Part shown: positions 55,909 through 64,000 of the stretch, one piece after another
How the letters are laid out: each line of letters starts with the position of its first letter
Numbering within the stretch: position 1 is the first letter of the stretch
Assembly (NCBI GenBank): GCA_002409145.1
Contig: DHUL01000044.1
Coordinates: 29,400-93,399 of the forward strand
Source: Bacteroidales bacterium UBA5235
GTDB taxonomy: Bacteria; Bacteroidota; Bacteroidia; Bacteroidales; VadinHA17
Direction: 5' to 3'
DNA: 64,000 bases
Made by a program: the position numbers and the translations under genes
The notes under the pieces: model-generated
Databases searched by the model: none
Told to the model about the DNA's origin: nothing
Seen by the model: only the letters and a program-made list of their open reading frames with translations

Positions 55909-57987
55909 ATGGCAGAGAGCAAAGAGACTCTGAAGTCAAACAAGAATGAAAAGAATAACGGCAAGTCGTGGTTCAATTCCAGCTGGCTGTTCGCGATACT
56001 GTTGCTGACATTCATCGTTTTCCAGGTCCTCACCTCCGGTAAATATACCCAGAAGGCGGGACAGCGGGAGATAGAGGAAATGGTCATGCACCATGACATT
56101 GAAAAGGTTATCATCGTCAACGAGGAGCAGGCGGAGATATATCTCATCCCTGACTCGCTTAAGAGCGGTCGTTACCCTGATTTTGCCGAGCAGCGCAGCT
56201 TCGGCCTTCAGCCGCCCAAACCTCAATTCTATCACACCTTCGGAACTGTCGAACTCTTCCAGAAGTTTTTCGAAGAGGCTCAGGACAAAGCCGGCTATAC
56301 CGAGGAGCAGCGCATCTATCTCGACTACCAGAAACGGAAGGACTACCTGGGTACGTTTCTGGGGGTCATACTCCCGTTCATACTGATAGCTGCACTGTGG
56401 ATTTATTTCATGCGGCGCATGTCTGCCGGTGCGGGAGGCGGTGCCGGAAACATCTTCAGCGTAGGTAAGTCGAAGGCCCAGATTTTTGACAAGGATACCC
56501 ACATAAAGATCAACTTCAATGATGTGGCGGGCCTTGAGGAGGCCAAGACCGAGGTGATGGAGATAGTTGACTTTCTCAAGAATCCGAAGAAATATACCTC
56601 CCTGGGTGGCAAGATACCCAAGGGAGCATTGCTGGTAGGCCCTCCCGGGACGGGCAAGACACTGCTGGCCAAGGCTGTTGCCGGTGAGGCCAACGTGCCA
56701 TTCTTCTCCATCTCCGGATCTGACTTCGTGGAGATGTTTGTAGGAGTGGGCGCCTCGAGGGTCAGGGACCTCTTCAAGCAGGCCAAGGAGAAGGCACCGT
56801 GCATTGTCTTTATTGATGAGATTGACGCGGTGGGCCGGGCCCGTGGCCGCAATCCGAATTTCGGCGCCAATGATGAGCGGGAAAATACTCTTAACCAGCT
56901 CCTCACCGAGATGGACGGGTTCGGCACAAACAGTGGTGTTATCATCCTTGCAGCCACCAACAGGGCCGATATTCTTGACAAGGCGTTGCTCAGGGCCGGC
57001 CGTTTTGACCGCCAGATACACGTGGAGCTTCCTGACCTCAAGGAGCGCGAAGCAATTTTCAGGGTGCACCTCCGCCCTATCAAGCTGGAGGGGGGATTTG
57101 ATATCTCGTTCCTGGCCAAGCAGACTCCGGGTTTCTCCGGCGCTGATATAGCCAATGTGTGCAATGAAGCTGCACTTATCGCCGCAAGGCGGAACAAGAC
57201 AGTGGTGGAGAAACAGGATTTCCTTGATGCAATTGACCGTATCATAGGAGGGTTGGAGAAGAAAAACAAGATCATCTCCATGGAGGAGAAGAGGACCATT
57301 GCCTACCACGAGGCCGGTCATGCCACTGTCAGCTGGCTCCTCGAACATGCCAGCCCGCTGCTCAAGGTGACAATCATACCCAGGGGAAAAGCTCTGGGTG
57401 CAGCATGGTACCTGCCTGAGGAGAGGTCAATCTCAACACGTGAGCACATACTTGACGAACTGGCTTATGCCCTTGGCGGGAGAGCGGCCGAGGAGCTGGT
57501 CATTGGAAAGATATCTACCGGCGCACTGAGTGACCTGGAGAAGGTAACCAAGCAGGCATACGCCATGGTGGCTTACTTCGGCATGTCTGACGAGGTAGGT
57601 AACATGAGCTATTATGACTCATCAGGCCAGAGTGAGTATGGCTTCACCAAGCCATACAGTGAGAAGACAGCCGAACTGATTGACCATGAGGCGAAGAAAA
57701 TTGTTGAGGAGTCCTATCTGAAGGCCAAGGAGGTCATCTCGTCGAATATAGCCGGGTTGACACAGCTTGCCGAGCAGTTGCTTGAGAAGGAGGTCATCTT
57801 CAGTGAGGACCTTGAGCGTATCTTCGGCAAGCGCCGGGGTGAAAAGCATACCGAGGCTGCAGCCCCGGAGGCTGCTGCTGCAGGTTCATCTGAGGGTGAG
57901 AGCGGTGCTGCCGGTAAGCCGGCCGTGGAGCCTGAAGCCCCTGCTGTTCCTTCCAGTGAAACTTCTGACACCGGTAATGGAGAATGA
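55909..57987 (+). CDS. ftsH: ATP-dependent zinc metalloprotease FtsH
   Basis: 692 aa. Walker [14 protein letters not shown], Walker [13 protein letters not shown], zinc site HEAGHA. Acidic, Ala/Pro-rich C-terminal tail. Confidence 0.97.
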   Translation: MAESKETLKSNKNEKNNGKSWFNSSWLFAILLLTFIVFQVLTSGKYTQKAGQREIEEMVMHHDIEKVIIVNEEQAEIYLIPDSLKSGRYPDFAEQRSFGLQPPKPQFYHTFGTVELFQKFFEEAQDKAGYTEEQRIYLDYQKRKDYLGTFLGVILPFILIAALWIYFMRRMSAGAGGGAGNIFSVGKSKAQIFDKDTHIKINFNDVAGLEEAKTEVMEIVDFLKNPKKYTSLGGKIPKGALLVGPPGTGKTLLAKAVAGEANVPFFSISGSDFVEMFVGVGASRVRDLFKQAKEKAPCIVFIDEIDAVGRARGRNPNFGANDERENTLNQLLTEMDGFGTNSGVIILAATNRADILDKALLRAGRFDRQIHVELPDLKEREAIFRVHLRPIKLEGGFDISFLAKQTPGFSGADIANVCNEAALIAARRNKTVVEKQDFLDAIDRIIGGLEKKNKIISMEEKRTIAYHEAGHATVSWLLEHASPLLKVTIIPRGKALGAAWYLPEERSISTREHILDELAYALGGRAAEELVIGKISTGALSDLEKVTKQAYAMVAYFGMSDEVGNMSYYDSSGQSEYGFTKPYSEKTAELIDHEAKKIVEESYLKAKEVISSNIAGLTQLAEQLLEKEVIFSEDLERIFGKRRGEKHTEAAAPEAAAAGSSEGESGAAGKPAVEPEAPAVPSSETSDTGNGE

Positions 57988-58174
57988 GTGGGTCGCAATA
58001 GCCGGCTTCACCGATGATGTAAGAAGCCAGATCGCTGTTGAAAGGTTGCTGACGAACGGGGTCGATGCGGTAGCTGTAGACAAGCGTGACAGCATATACA
58101 AGATAGGTGAGATCGAGATTTTTGTCCATCGTGACAATGTGCTTATAGCTAAGGAAATAATCAAGGATCTGTAG
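57977..58174 (+). CDS. Small DUF2007-like (putative signal-transducing) protein
   Basis: 65 aa from [38 protein letters not shown]... ATG 57977 overlaps the ftsH 3' end by 11 nt. The track ORF 57767 start lies inside ftsH. Confidence 0.55.
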   Translation: MENEWVAIAGFTDDVRSQIAVERLLTNGVDAVAVDKRDSIYKIGEIEIFVHRDNVLIAKEIIKDL

Positions 58175-58175
58175 G

Positions 58176-59018
58176 GTGACAAATTTTTTCAGGCGCACCG
58201 TCACGGGTGCCTTCATAGTGATATTCGTTCTCGGGGGACTCTGGCTCCACCCTGTATCATTTTTCCTGGTGGGAGCGGTGATGATCGCCGGCACACAGCG
58301 GGAGTATTATATCATGGTAAGAGGCACCGGAGTAAGGCCACAGGTGATCACGGGAATAATCAGCGGATTCCTCCTTTATGTCATCTCCACCACGGTGGCG
58401 CTGGGATGGCTCCCGAGGCGATGGTTCCTTGCAATGATCCCGATGATATCCATTGTAATGGTGATCGAGCTGTTCCGCAATGTTGAAAGGCCTTTTGATT
58501 CCCTGGCGCATACATTTTTCTCAATCCTGTACACTGCAGTACCGTTTTCAATGTTTCCATTCTCGGCTTTTAACCAGGCAGGACTGAGTCCGCTTATACC
58601 GATGGAAGGCATTGCCTTCTCACCCGGAATCATGGTTGGCTTTTTCCTGCTGCTATGGACAAATGATACCGGTGCCTATCTTGTCGGTTCTACACTGGGC
58701 CGGCACCGGCTCTTCGAACGCATCTCACCAAAGAAATCATGGGAAGGCTTCTTCGGCGGGCTGCTGCTGACATTGCTGGTGGCAGGACTTTTTTCCGGAT
58801 GGCTAGGCGTGGCTGATACTAAAGGGTGGATGGTCATTGCACTGATCATTTCCGTTGGAGGGACGTTTGGTGACCTGCTTGAGTCGATGCTCAAGCGCAG
58901 TCTCGGGTTGAAAGACTCCGGAACGATTATGCCGGGACACGGCGGGTTCCTGGACAGGTTTGACAGCGTGGTGGTGGCATTCCCCCTGGTTTATCTTTAC
59001 ATAGCAACGATGCTTTGA
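58176..59018 (+). CDS. cdsA: Phosphatidate cytidylyltransferase
   Basis: 280 aa (GTG start), multi-TM. SPKKSWEG...GDLLESMLKRSLGLKDSGTIMPGHGGFLDRFDS signature. Confidence 0.9.
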   Translation: MTNFFRRTVTGAFIVIFVLGGLWLHPVSFFLVGAVMIAGTQREYYIMVRGTGVRPQVITGIISGFLLYVISTTVALGWLPRRWFLAMIPMISIVMVIELFRNVERPFDSLAHTFFSILYTAVPFSMFPFSAFNQAGLSPLIPMEGIAFSPGIMVGFFLLLWTNDTGAYLVGSTLGRHRLFERISPKKSWEGFFGGLLLTLLVAGLFSGWLGVADTKGWMVIALIISVGGTFGDLLESMLKRSLGLKDSGTIMPGHGGFLDRFDSVVVAFPLVYLYIATML

Positions 59019-59019
59019 C

Positions 59020-59694
59020 ATGACTATCGGAAAATTCAGGATACACAAGGAGGGTTATAAGATAATTGCGGCGGTGCTGATTGCACTGTCCTCTCTGAAC
59101 ATTTCCGGATGGGTGGTATGGCCGGGCCCGACGCTCTATCATTGGCTTGCCCTTGGTGCGTCACTCATCCTGTTCATCTTCATAGTGATGTTCTTCAGGG
59201 CACCGGCCAGGCCGCTGGAACCCGATCCTCTTCTCATTTATGCACCGGCTGACGGTAAGATTGTGGTCATAGAGGATACATATGAAAAGGAGTATTTCAG
59301 GGATACCCGTCTGCAAATCTCCATCTTCATGTCGCCTTTCAACATGCACAGCAACAGGTATCCTATCTCAGGGACTGTTACCTGGACTCACTACCAGCCA
59401 GGCAAGAAATTCCATGCGCGAAGCCCCAAATCTTCAGAGCTGAACGAAAGGAGCAGCGTGGTTGTTTCAAGTGAGAGCGGCACTGAAATACTTGTCAGGC
59501 AGGTAGCCGGGGCCGTGGCCCGCCGTATAGTTACTTACTCGAAGAAGGGGGATAAGGTGCACCAGGGAGATGAACTGGGATTCATCAAGTTTGGCTCACG
59601 AGTGGATATTTTCCTTCCCACCGGAACAGCGGTCGACGTCGGAATGTTCGAACAGGTAAGGGCCAGCAGAACAATTCTTGCAAGAGTTATTTAA
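59020..59694 (+). CDS. psd: Phosphatidylserine decarboxylase proenzyme (short form)
   Basis: 224 aa. SPFNMHSNRYPISG and the cleavage-site motif KFGSRVD (G-S). Confidence 0.9.
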   Translation: MTIGKFRIHKEGYKIIAAVLIALSSLNISGWVVWPGPTLYHWLALGASLILFIFIVMFFRAPARPLEPDPLLIYAPADGKIVVIEDTYEKEYFRDTRLQISIFMSPFNMHSNRYPISGTVTWTHYQPGKKFHARSPKSSELNERSSVVVSSESGTEILVRQVAGAVARRIVTYSKKGDKVHQGDELGFIKFGSRVDIFLPTGTAVDVGMFEQVRASRTILARVI

Positions 59695-59705
59695 TTGATA
59701 ATAAA

Positions 59706-60923
59706 ATGAAAGCTGACAACCGTATAATTGATCTTACTCCTGATGTGAAATGGATCGGAGTGCTTGATTATGACATCAGGACTTTTGACATCGTGATGCA
59801 TACAGGGCACGGTACAACCTATAACTCCTATTTCATCAATGCCGGCAAGAAGACCATCATAGAGACCGCCAAGGAAAAGTTCAGCGATGTTTTTCTCAAT
59901 AAGCTTCGGAGGGTCACCGATCCTGCTGAGCTGTCATACATAGTTCTTGATCATACAGAGCCCGACCATTCAGGTGCCATGCGTCAGTTGCTTGATCTTG
60001 CTCCCGATGCAGTGGTGGTGGGAAGCGGCAACGCAATAAGGTATCTCGGTGATATAGTCAACAGACCTTTTAAATCACTGATAGTAAAAGACGGTGACAC
60101 ACTCGACCTGGGCAACAAGACACTGAAATTCATCTCTGCTCCGAACCTTCACTGGCCTGACAGTATTTACACATACCTTGTTGAGGATAAGATCCTTTTT
60201 ACCTGTGATTCATTCGGGGCACATTACTGCCACGAAGACTTGTTTGACGACCTGACGGGTGATTATCATGATGATTTCAAGTATTATTTCGATGTGATCC
60301 TGAAGCCTTACAGCAAGTTCATGGTCAAGGCCATAGAAAAGATCCGCCCCCTTGACATCTCAATGATTGCTACCGGACATGGCCCCGTCCTCAGGAAAAA
60401 CTGGAAGAAGATCGTCGATGAAACACACCATCTGTCCGAAGAGTATGTTGCCCTTACAGAGCGGTCAGGCATGAAGAGGCTTCTGATAACCTATGTCTCG
60501 GCATACGGATACACTGCAGAGATGGCCAGGCTGATAGCAGCAGGAGCCTCGAAGGCAGACAACCTGGAGGTTGAGTTGATGGACATTGAGACGGCTGATA
60601 TCGGGGAGATAGACTCGAAACTCACTATAGCCGACGGGATTATTGTCGGATCACCGACCATTAACCAGAATACCCTGCTGCCGGTCTACAGGCTCATGGC
60701 CGTTATCAGCCCGTTGCGTGACAGGGGAAAGCTTGCAGGGTCGTTCGGATCATACGGGTGGAGCGGTGAGGCACCGTCTCTTATTGCGGAGATGCTGAAG
60801 AACCTTAAACTGAAGTATTTCGAAGAACCTGCTGCCTACAAGTTTGTACCCGAAGAGAACAAGGAGAAAACGCTTATTGAATATGGTGAGCGGTTTGCGA
60901 AGGCGTTGACCACACCTGCTTAA
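59706..60923 (+). CDS. FprA-family A-type flavodiiron protein (O2/NO reductase)
   Basis: 405 aa. Metallo-beta-lactamase-like LDHTEPDHSGA followed by a flavodoxin domain (LITYVSAYGYTAEMA...VGSPTINQN...YGWSGEA). Confidence 0.88.
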   Translation: MKADNRIIDLTPDVKWIGVLDYDIRTFDIVMHTGHGTTYNSYFINAGKKTIIETAKEKFSDVFLNKLRRVTDPAELSYIVLDHTEPDHSGAMRQLLDLAPDAVVVGSGNAIRYLGDIVNRPFKSLIVKDGDTLDLGNKTLKFISAPNLHWPDSIYTYLVEDKILFTCDSFGAHYCHEDLFDDLTGDYHDDFKYYFDVILKPYSKFMVKAIEKIRPLDISMIATGHGPVLRKNWKKIVDETHHLSEEYVALTERSGMKRLLITYVSAYGYTAEMARLIAAGASKADNLEVELMDIETADIGEIDSKLTIADGIIVGSPTINQNTLLPVYRLMAVISPLRDRGKLAGSFGSYGWSGEAPSLIAEMLKNLKLKYFEEPAAYKFVPEENKEKTLIEYGERFAKALTTPA

Positions 60924-60951
60924 TATGATGTTTGGAATATATATACGGGAA

Positions 60952-61032
60952 CGCCGGGTCTGAGACCTGGCGCAACGTGGATGTATGAAAGTTATCCGGT
61001 TATAATGGTAGCGCCAGGTCTCAGACCCGGCG
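60952..61032. repeat. Perfect 22-bp inverted repeat (CGCCGGGTCTGAGACCTGGCGC / GCGCCAGGTCTCAGACCCGGCG) with 37-nt spacer
   Basis: Arms at 60952-60973 and 61011-61032 are exact reverse complements. Each arm is also an imperfect palindrome. Lies between convergent fprA and hsp20. Confidence 0.85.
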
Positions 61033-61060
61033 CTACATTTATTCATTCATGATCCTGCAT

Positions 61061-61489
61061 TTACGAGATTGAGATCGTGCGGATCTTTTCCTTTTTCTTC
61101 TCTTCCTCCAGCTTTGGTATCTCAACGTTCAGAATGCCATCCCTGTATGTGGCACCTATCGTTTCACCGTTGACATCCTCCGGCAGGTAGAAGCTGCGGC
61201 AGAATGAGCTGTAACTGAACTCCCTGCGCCTGTATCCGTTGAGATCCTCCTGCTTCTCATCCTTCTGCTCGGCAGAGATGGTAAGGACCTCATCCTTCAC
61301 TTCAATCTTCAGGTTCTTCTTGTCCATGCCCGGAACGGCAAGCTCAAGATAGAACGCCTTCTCGTCTTCCCTGATATTCACTGCAGGCAGACTGGTTGAC
61401 GACCTGGTAAATGTGGGGAAGAAATCTTCATTGAGGAAATCCGATAACGTAACCGGTTTGTAATTCCTTCTGGTAATCATTGGTAACAT
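61061..61489 (-). CDS. Hsp20/alpha-crystallin small heat-shock protein
   Basis: 142 aa from MLPMITRRNYKP... PAVNIREDEKAFYLELAVPGMDKKNLKIEV...GILNVEIPK. Confidence 0.9.
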   Translation of the reverse strand: MLPMITRRNYKPVTLSDFLNEDFFPTFTRSSTSLPAVNIREDEKAFYLELAVPGMDKKNLKIEVKDEVLTISAEQKDEKQEDLNGYRRREFSYSSFCRSFYLPEDVNGETIGATYRDGILNVEIPKLEEEKKKEKIRTISIS

Positions 61490-61653
61490 AGCAACCTCCT
61501 TTTTTATATTGTTAAACTTTATATGCATTTACACCCCTGTTATTTCAATTTATATGCCGACAATAAAATGATGACATAATGGCATAAAAGTAAATTGCGA
61601 ACATGCCATAATGACATTTTATTAAGTCCGGTTGTTTAACCGGGAATTATTTC

Positions 61654-61661
61654 TAAATTTG
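61654..61661 (+). promoter_or_regulatory. -7 box TAAATTTG
   Basis: TAnnTTTG match 62 nt upstream of ATG 61723. Confidence 0.4.
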
Positions 61662-61722
61662 AAATTGTTGTGTTCTGATCGTGCATGAGGCACGGGAATA
61701 TTTACAAGATCATTACTGACTG

Positions 61723-62859
61723 ATGAATACTACCCTGCGTAACATACTTATTATTATTGGGCTGGCATTGCTGGTATACCTGTTCTGGTATTTCCGGAAC
61801 ATCATTGCCTACGTGCTTGCAGCCGGGGTGATCTCGCTCATAGGCAGGCCGGTGGTAGACTTGTTGAACGGCATCCGCATCTGGAAGTTCAGGTTCCCCA
61901 AGGCACTAAGTTCACTTCTTACCCTTCTGGTTCTCTACGGCTTGCTGGCACTTTTCTTCATGATATTCATCCCGCTGGTCAGCAGGCAGATTGATGCTCT
62001 GTCAGGCTTTGACGCCGGTTCAATTGTACAGGGATTGCGTGACCAGCTTGACAAGGCTGATACGGCATTGAGGAAGGTATACCGTGATATGCCGGCCGAC
62101 AAAACCCTGTATGACATAGCGGTCACCACGATAACGAACATTCTGAATCCGGCCTCGATTACCGATTTTGCAGGAAATATTGTAACCGTATTGCGCAAGC
62201 TCATTGTCGCCTTTGTGGCAATCACCTTCCTCGCATTCTTCTTCCTGAAGGATGAAGGGCTGTTCAAGGAGACGATCATGGTGATGGTTCCTGACCAATA
62301 TGAAAAGCGGATCAGAAATGTGCTTCATTCCATCAAGAAACTGCTGATCAGGTATTTTATAGGGATCATCCTTCAGAGTACTGTTGTGCTGATCAACATC
62401 ACCATCGGGATGACCATTGTTGGTTTTCCGTTCCACCAGGCTCTGGTGATGGGGCTTTTGATAGGGATCTTCAACATTATTCCCTATGTCGGCCCCTGGC
62501 TCGGAGGTTCCGTGGCAGTTCTAATGGGTGTGGCCACCGCGGTGACAACAACAGGCTATCCCGTGATCTGGCTGCTGATAATCTATATGGTTATCGTCAT
62601 CGCCTGTACACAGATCATTGACAACAACCTTATCCAGCCAATGATTTATTCGCGAAGCGTCAATGCCCACCCGATTGAAATCTTCCTTGTCATCTTCGCT
62701 GTTGGCAGCTTCGCAGGCATCATCGGAATGATACTGGCAGTGCCGGCTTACACTGCTCTCAGGGTCTTCGCCCGAGAGTTCTTTTACAACTTCGGGCCGG
62801 TACGGAAAATAACCTCAGGACTGGGAAAAGAGAACAGGGAAACAGAGCCGGAGGGGTAA
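61723..62859 (+). CDS. AI-2E family (PerM-like) transporter
   Basis: 378 aa, about eight TM helices. NIIPYVGPWLGG motif. Confidence 0.85.
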   Translation: MNTTLRNILIIIGLALLVYLFWYFRNIIAYVLAAGVISLIGRPVVDLLNGIRIWKFRFPKALSSLLTLLVLYGLLALFFMIFIPLVSRQIDALSGFDAGSIVQGLRDQLDKADTALRKVYRDMPADKTLYDIAVTTITNILNPASITDFAGNIVTVLRKLIVAFVAITFLAFFFLKDEGLFKETIMVMVPDQYEKRIRNVLHSIKKLLIRYFIGIILQSTVVLINITIGMTIVGFPFHQALVMGLLIGIFNIIPYVGPWLGGSVAVLMGVATAVTTTGYPVIWLLIIYMVIVIACTQIIDNNLIQPMIYSRSVNAHPIEIFLVIFAVGSFAGIIGMILAVPAYTALRVFAREFFYNFGPVRKITSGLGKENRETEPEG

Positions 62860-63086
62860 TGGGCAGTGCAGGCAAAACAATCAACAGGATATTCAGATTC
62901 TATTATGACGGTTTCCGTACCATGTCATGGTGGGGGAACAGGGTCTGGATCATCATTCTGATCAAGCTCTTCATCATGTTTTTGATACTGAGGTTATTCT
63001 TCTTTCCCGATTTTCTGAAAGTCAATTTCAGCAATGACAGGGAGAGGAGCGATTATGTGCTGGAACAATTAACCGGAAATAACTGA
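62859..63086 (+). CDS. DUF4492-domain small membrane protein (cyd-operon leader gene in Bacteroidota)
   Basis: 75 aa. RFYYDGFRTMSWWGNRVWIIILIKLF. ATG overlaps the upstream stop (TAATG) and the gene directly precedes cydA. Confidence 0.65.
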   Translation: MGSAGKTINRIFRFYYDGFRTMSWWGNRVWIIILIKLFIMFLILRLFFFPDFLKVNFSNDRERSDYVLEQLTGNN

Positions 63087-63090
63087 CAAT

Positions 63091-64000
63091 ATGATTGAAA
63101 ACTTTGACCTGTCACTTGTAAACTGGTCGAGGGCACAGTTTGCGCTGACTGCTATCTATCACTGGCTCTTCGTGCCCCTGACTCTTGGCCTTTCATTCAT
63201 CCTTGCCTTCATGGAGACACTCTATGTGCGAACGGGCGATGAGATGTGGAAGAAGATAACCAAGTTCTGGATGACCCTTTTTGGTATCAACTTCGCCATC
63301 GGAGTGGCCACCGGGATCATCCTCGAATTCGAATTCGGCACCAACTGGTCGAATTATTCCTGGTTTGTTGGCGACATCTTCGGGGCACCGCTGGCTGTAG
63401 AAGGTATACTGGCATTCTTCCTGGAATCGACCTTTGTGGCGGTGATGTTCTTCGGATGGAACAAGGTGAGCAAGAGATTCCACCTGGCCTCTACCTGGCT
63501 CGTCGCCATAGGTGCAAACCTATCAGCCCTCTGGATTCTGATCGCCAACGCCTGGATGGAAAATCCCGTGGGTATGGTATTCAATCCTGATACCGCCCGC
63601 AATGAGATGAACAGCTTCCGTGAGGTGGTTTTCAACCCTGTTGCAGTAGACAAGTTCCTCCATACAGTGACATCAGGGTTTGTCCTTGCATCGGTCTTTG
63701 TAGTGGGAATAAGCGCGTGGTTCCTTATCAGGAAGAGAGAGGAAGTACTGGCACGAAAGAGTATACTTATTGCCGGAATATTCGGTCTGGTGTCAGGCCT
63801 TGCAGTGGCTCTGACGGGAGACTCTTCGGCAAGAACGTTGGCACAGGTGCAGCCTGTTAAATTTGCCGCTATGGAGGCTCTGTATGAGGGAAAGGCCAAT
63901 GCAGGCCTGACGGTGATTGGCGCACTGGCTGACAGCGGTGAACGGATAGGCGAAAAGAAGGTACATGACGTGAAGCTGAAGATTGCGATTCCCAAACTGC
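63091..64000 (+). CDS. cydA: Cytochrome bd ubiquinol/menaquinol oxidase subunit I (5' part; runs off the window)
   Basis: Not in the ORF track because no stop is reached. My translation from ATG 63091: MIENFDLSLVNWSRAQFALTAIYHWLFVPLTLG...GINFAIGVATGIILEFEFGTNWSNYS...GAPLAVEGILAFFLESTF...WILIANAWMENPVG. Classic CydA. Confidence 0.9.
   Translation, partial: MIENFDLSLVNWSRAQFALTAIYHWLFVPLTLGLSFILAFMETLYVRTGDEMWKKITKFWMTLFGINFAIGVATGIILEFEFGTNWSNYSWFVGDIFGAPLAVEGILAFFLESTFVAVMFFGWNKVSKRFHLASTWLVAIGANLSALWILIANAWMENPVGMVFNPDTARNEMNSFREVVFNPVAVDKFLHTVTSGFVLASVFVVGISAWFLIRKREEVLARKSILIAGIFGLVSGLAVALTGDSSARTLAQVQPVKFAAMEALYEGKANAGLTVIGALADSGERIGEKKVHDVKLKIAIPKL

Noticed and set aside
55936-57348. 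470-aa ORF antisense to ftsH (plus a 298-aa ORF at 56403-57299)
   Set aside because: It lies entirely inside the unambiguous ftsH coding region on the opposite strand, and its translation is low-complexity with no recognisable motifs. Long antisense ORFs are expected opposite highly constrained genes.
1-64000. CRISPR arrays, rRNA genes, IS elements, prophage genes, toxin-antitoxin pairs
   Set aside because: Reading both strands, I found no regularly spaced repeats, no rRNA-like sequence and no transposase, integrase, capsid or terminase-like translations.

Overview
This 64-kb window looks like core chromosome from a Bacteroidota genome (order not resolvable by eye). Supporting evidence: TAnnTTTG -7 promoter boxes sit in front of many genes. 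The ispH-cmk-porQ(T9SS) order, a DUF4492-cydA pair, a fused CcsBA, and rsfS-ftsH-cdsA-psd and rpsO-pnp linkages are all present. About 65 protein genes are supportable, mostly housekeeping (rpsO, pnp, sucC, priA, pdxH, pfkA, ispH, cmk, etfBA plus acyl-CoA dehydrogenase, rpmE2, lon, coaD, pyrE, birA, rsfS, ftsH, cdsA, psd, fprA, hsp20, cydA). There are two tRNAs, Pro-CGG and His-GTG, both on the minus strand. I saw no CRISPR array, transposase, integrase or rRNA. The most interesting region is 36.3-44.9 kb, a compact locus with 15 CXXCH haem-c motifs. It encodes a monohaem lipoprotein, an outer-membrane-type beta-barrel, a heptahaem cytochrome overlapping a HydC/PhsC-type b-cytochrome, and a class I cytochrome c. 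It also encodes a convergent hexahaem lipoprotein with a collagen-like Gly-X-Y linker, a Cys-rich Crp/Fnr regulator and CcsBA. Near-identical FNR-type palindromes precede both cytochrome transcription units. I read this as a candidate uncharacterised quinone-to-outer-membrane electron conduit with no recognisable terminal reductase; that function is inference only. Smaller oddities:
- an in-frame internally deleted DapA-family remnant after a GH92 gene
- an orphan GyrA/ParC C-terminal-domain-like ORF
- direct repeats bracketing a CDF transporter gene
- a DUF362/Fe-S gene overlapping a lone CheY gene
- a tRNA-His with two U-U mismatches in its acceptor stem
- a 22-bp perfect inverted repeat between fprA and hsp20
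All family names come from reading the translations and from memory; no database search was run.
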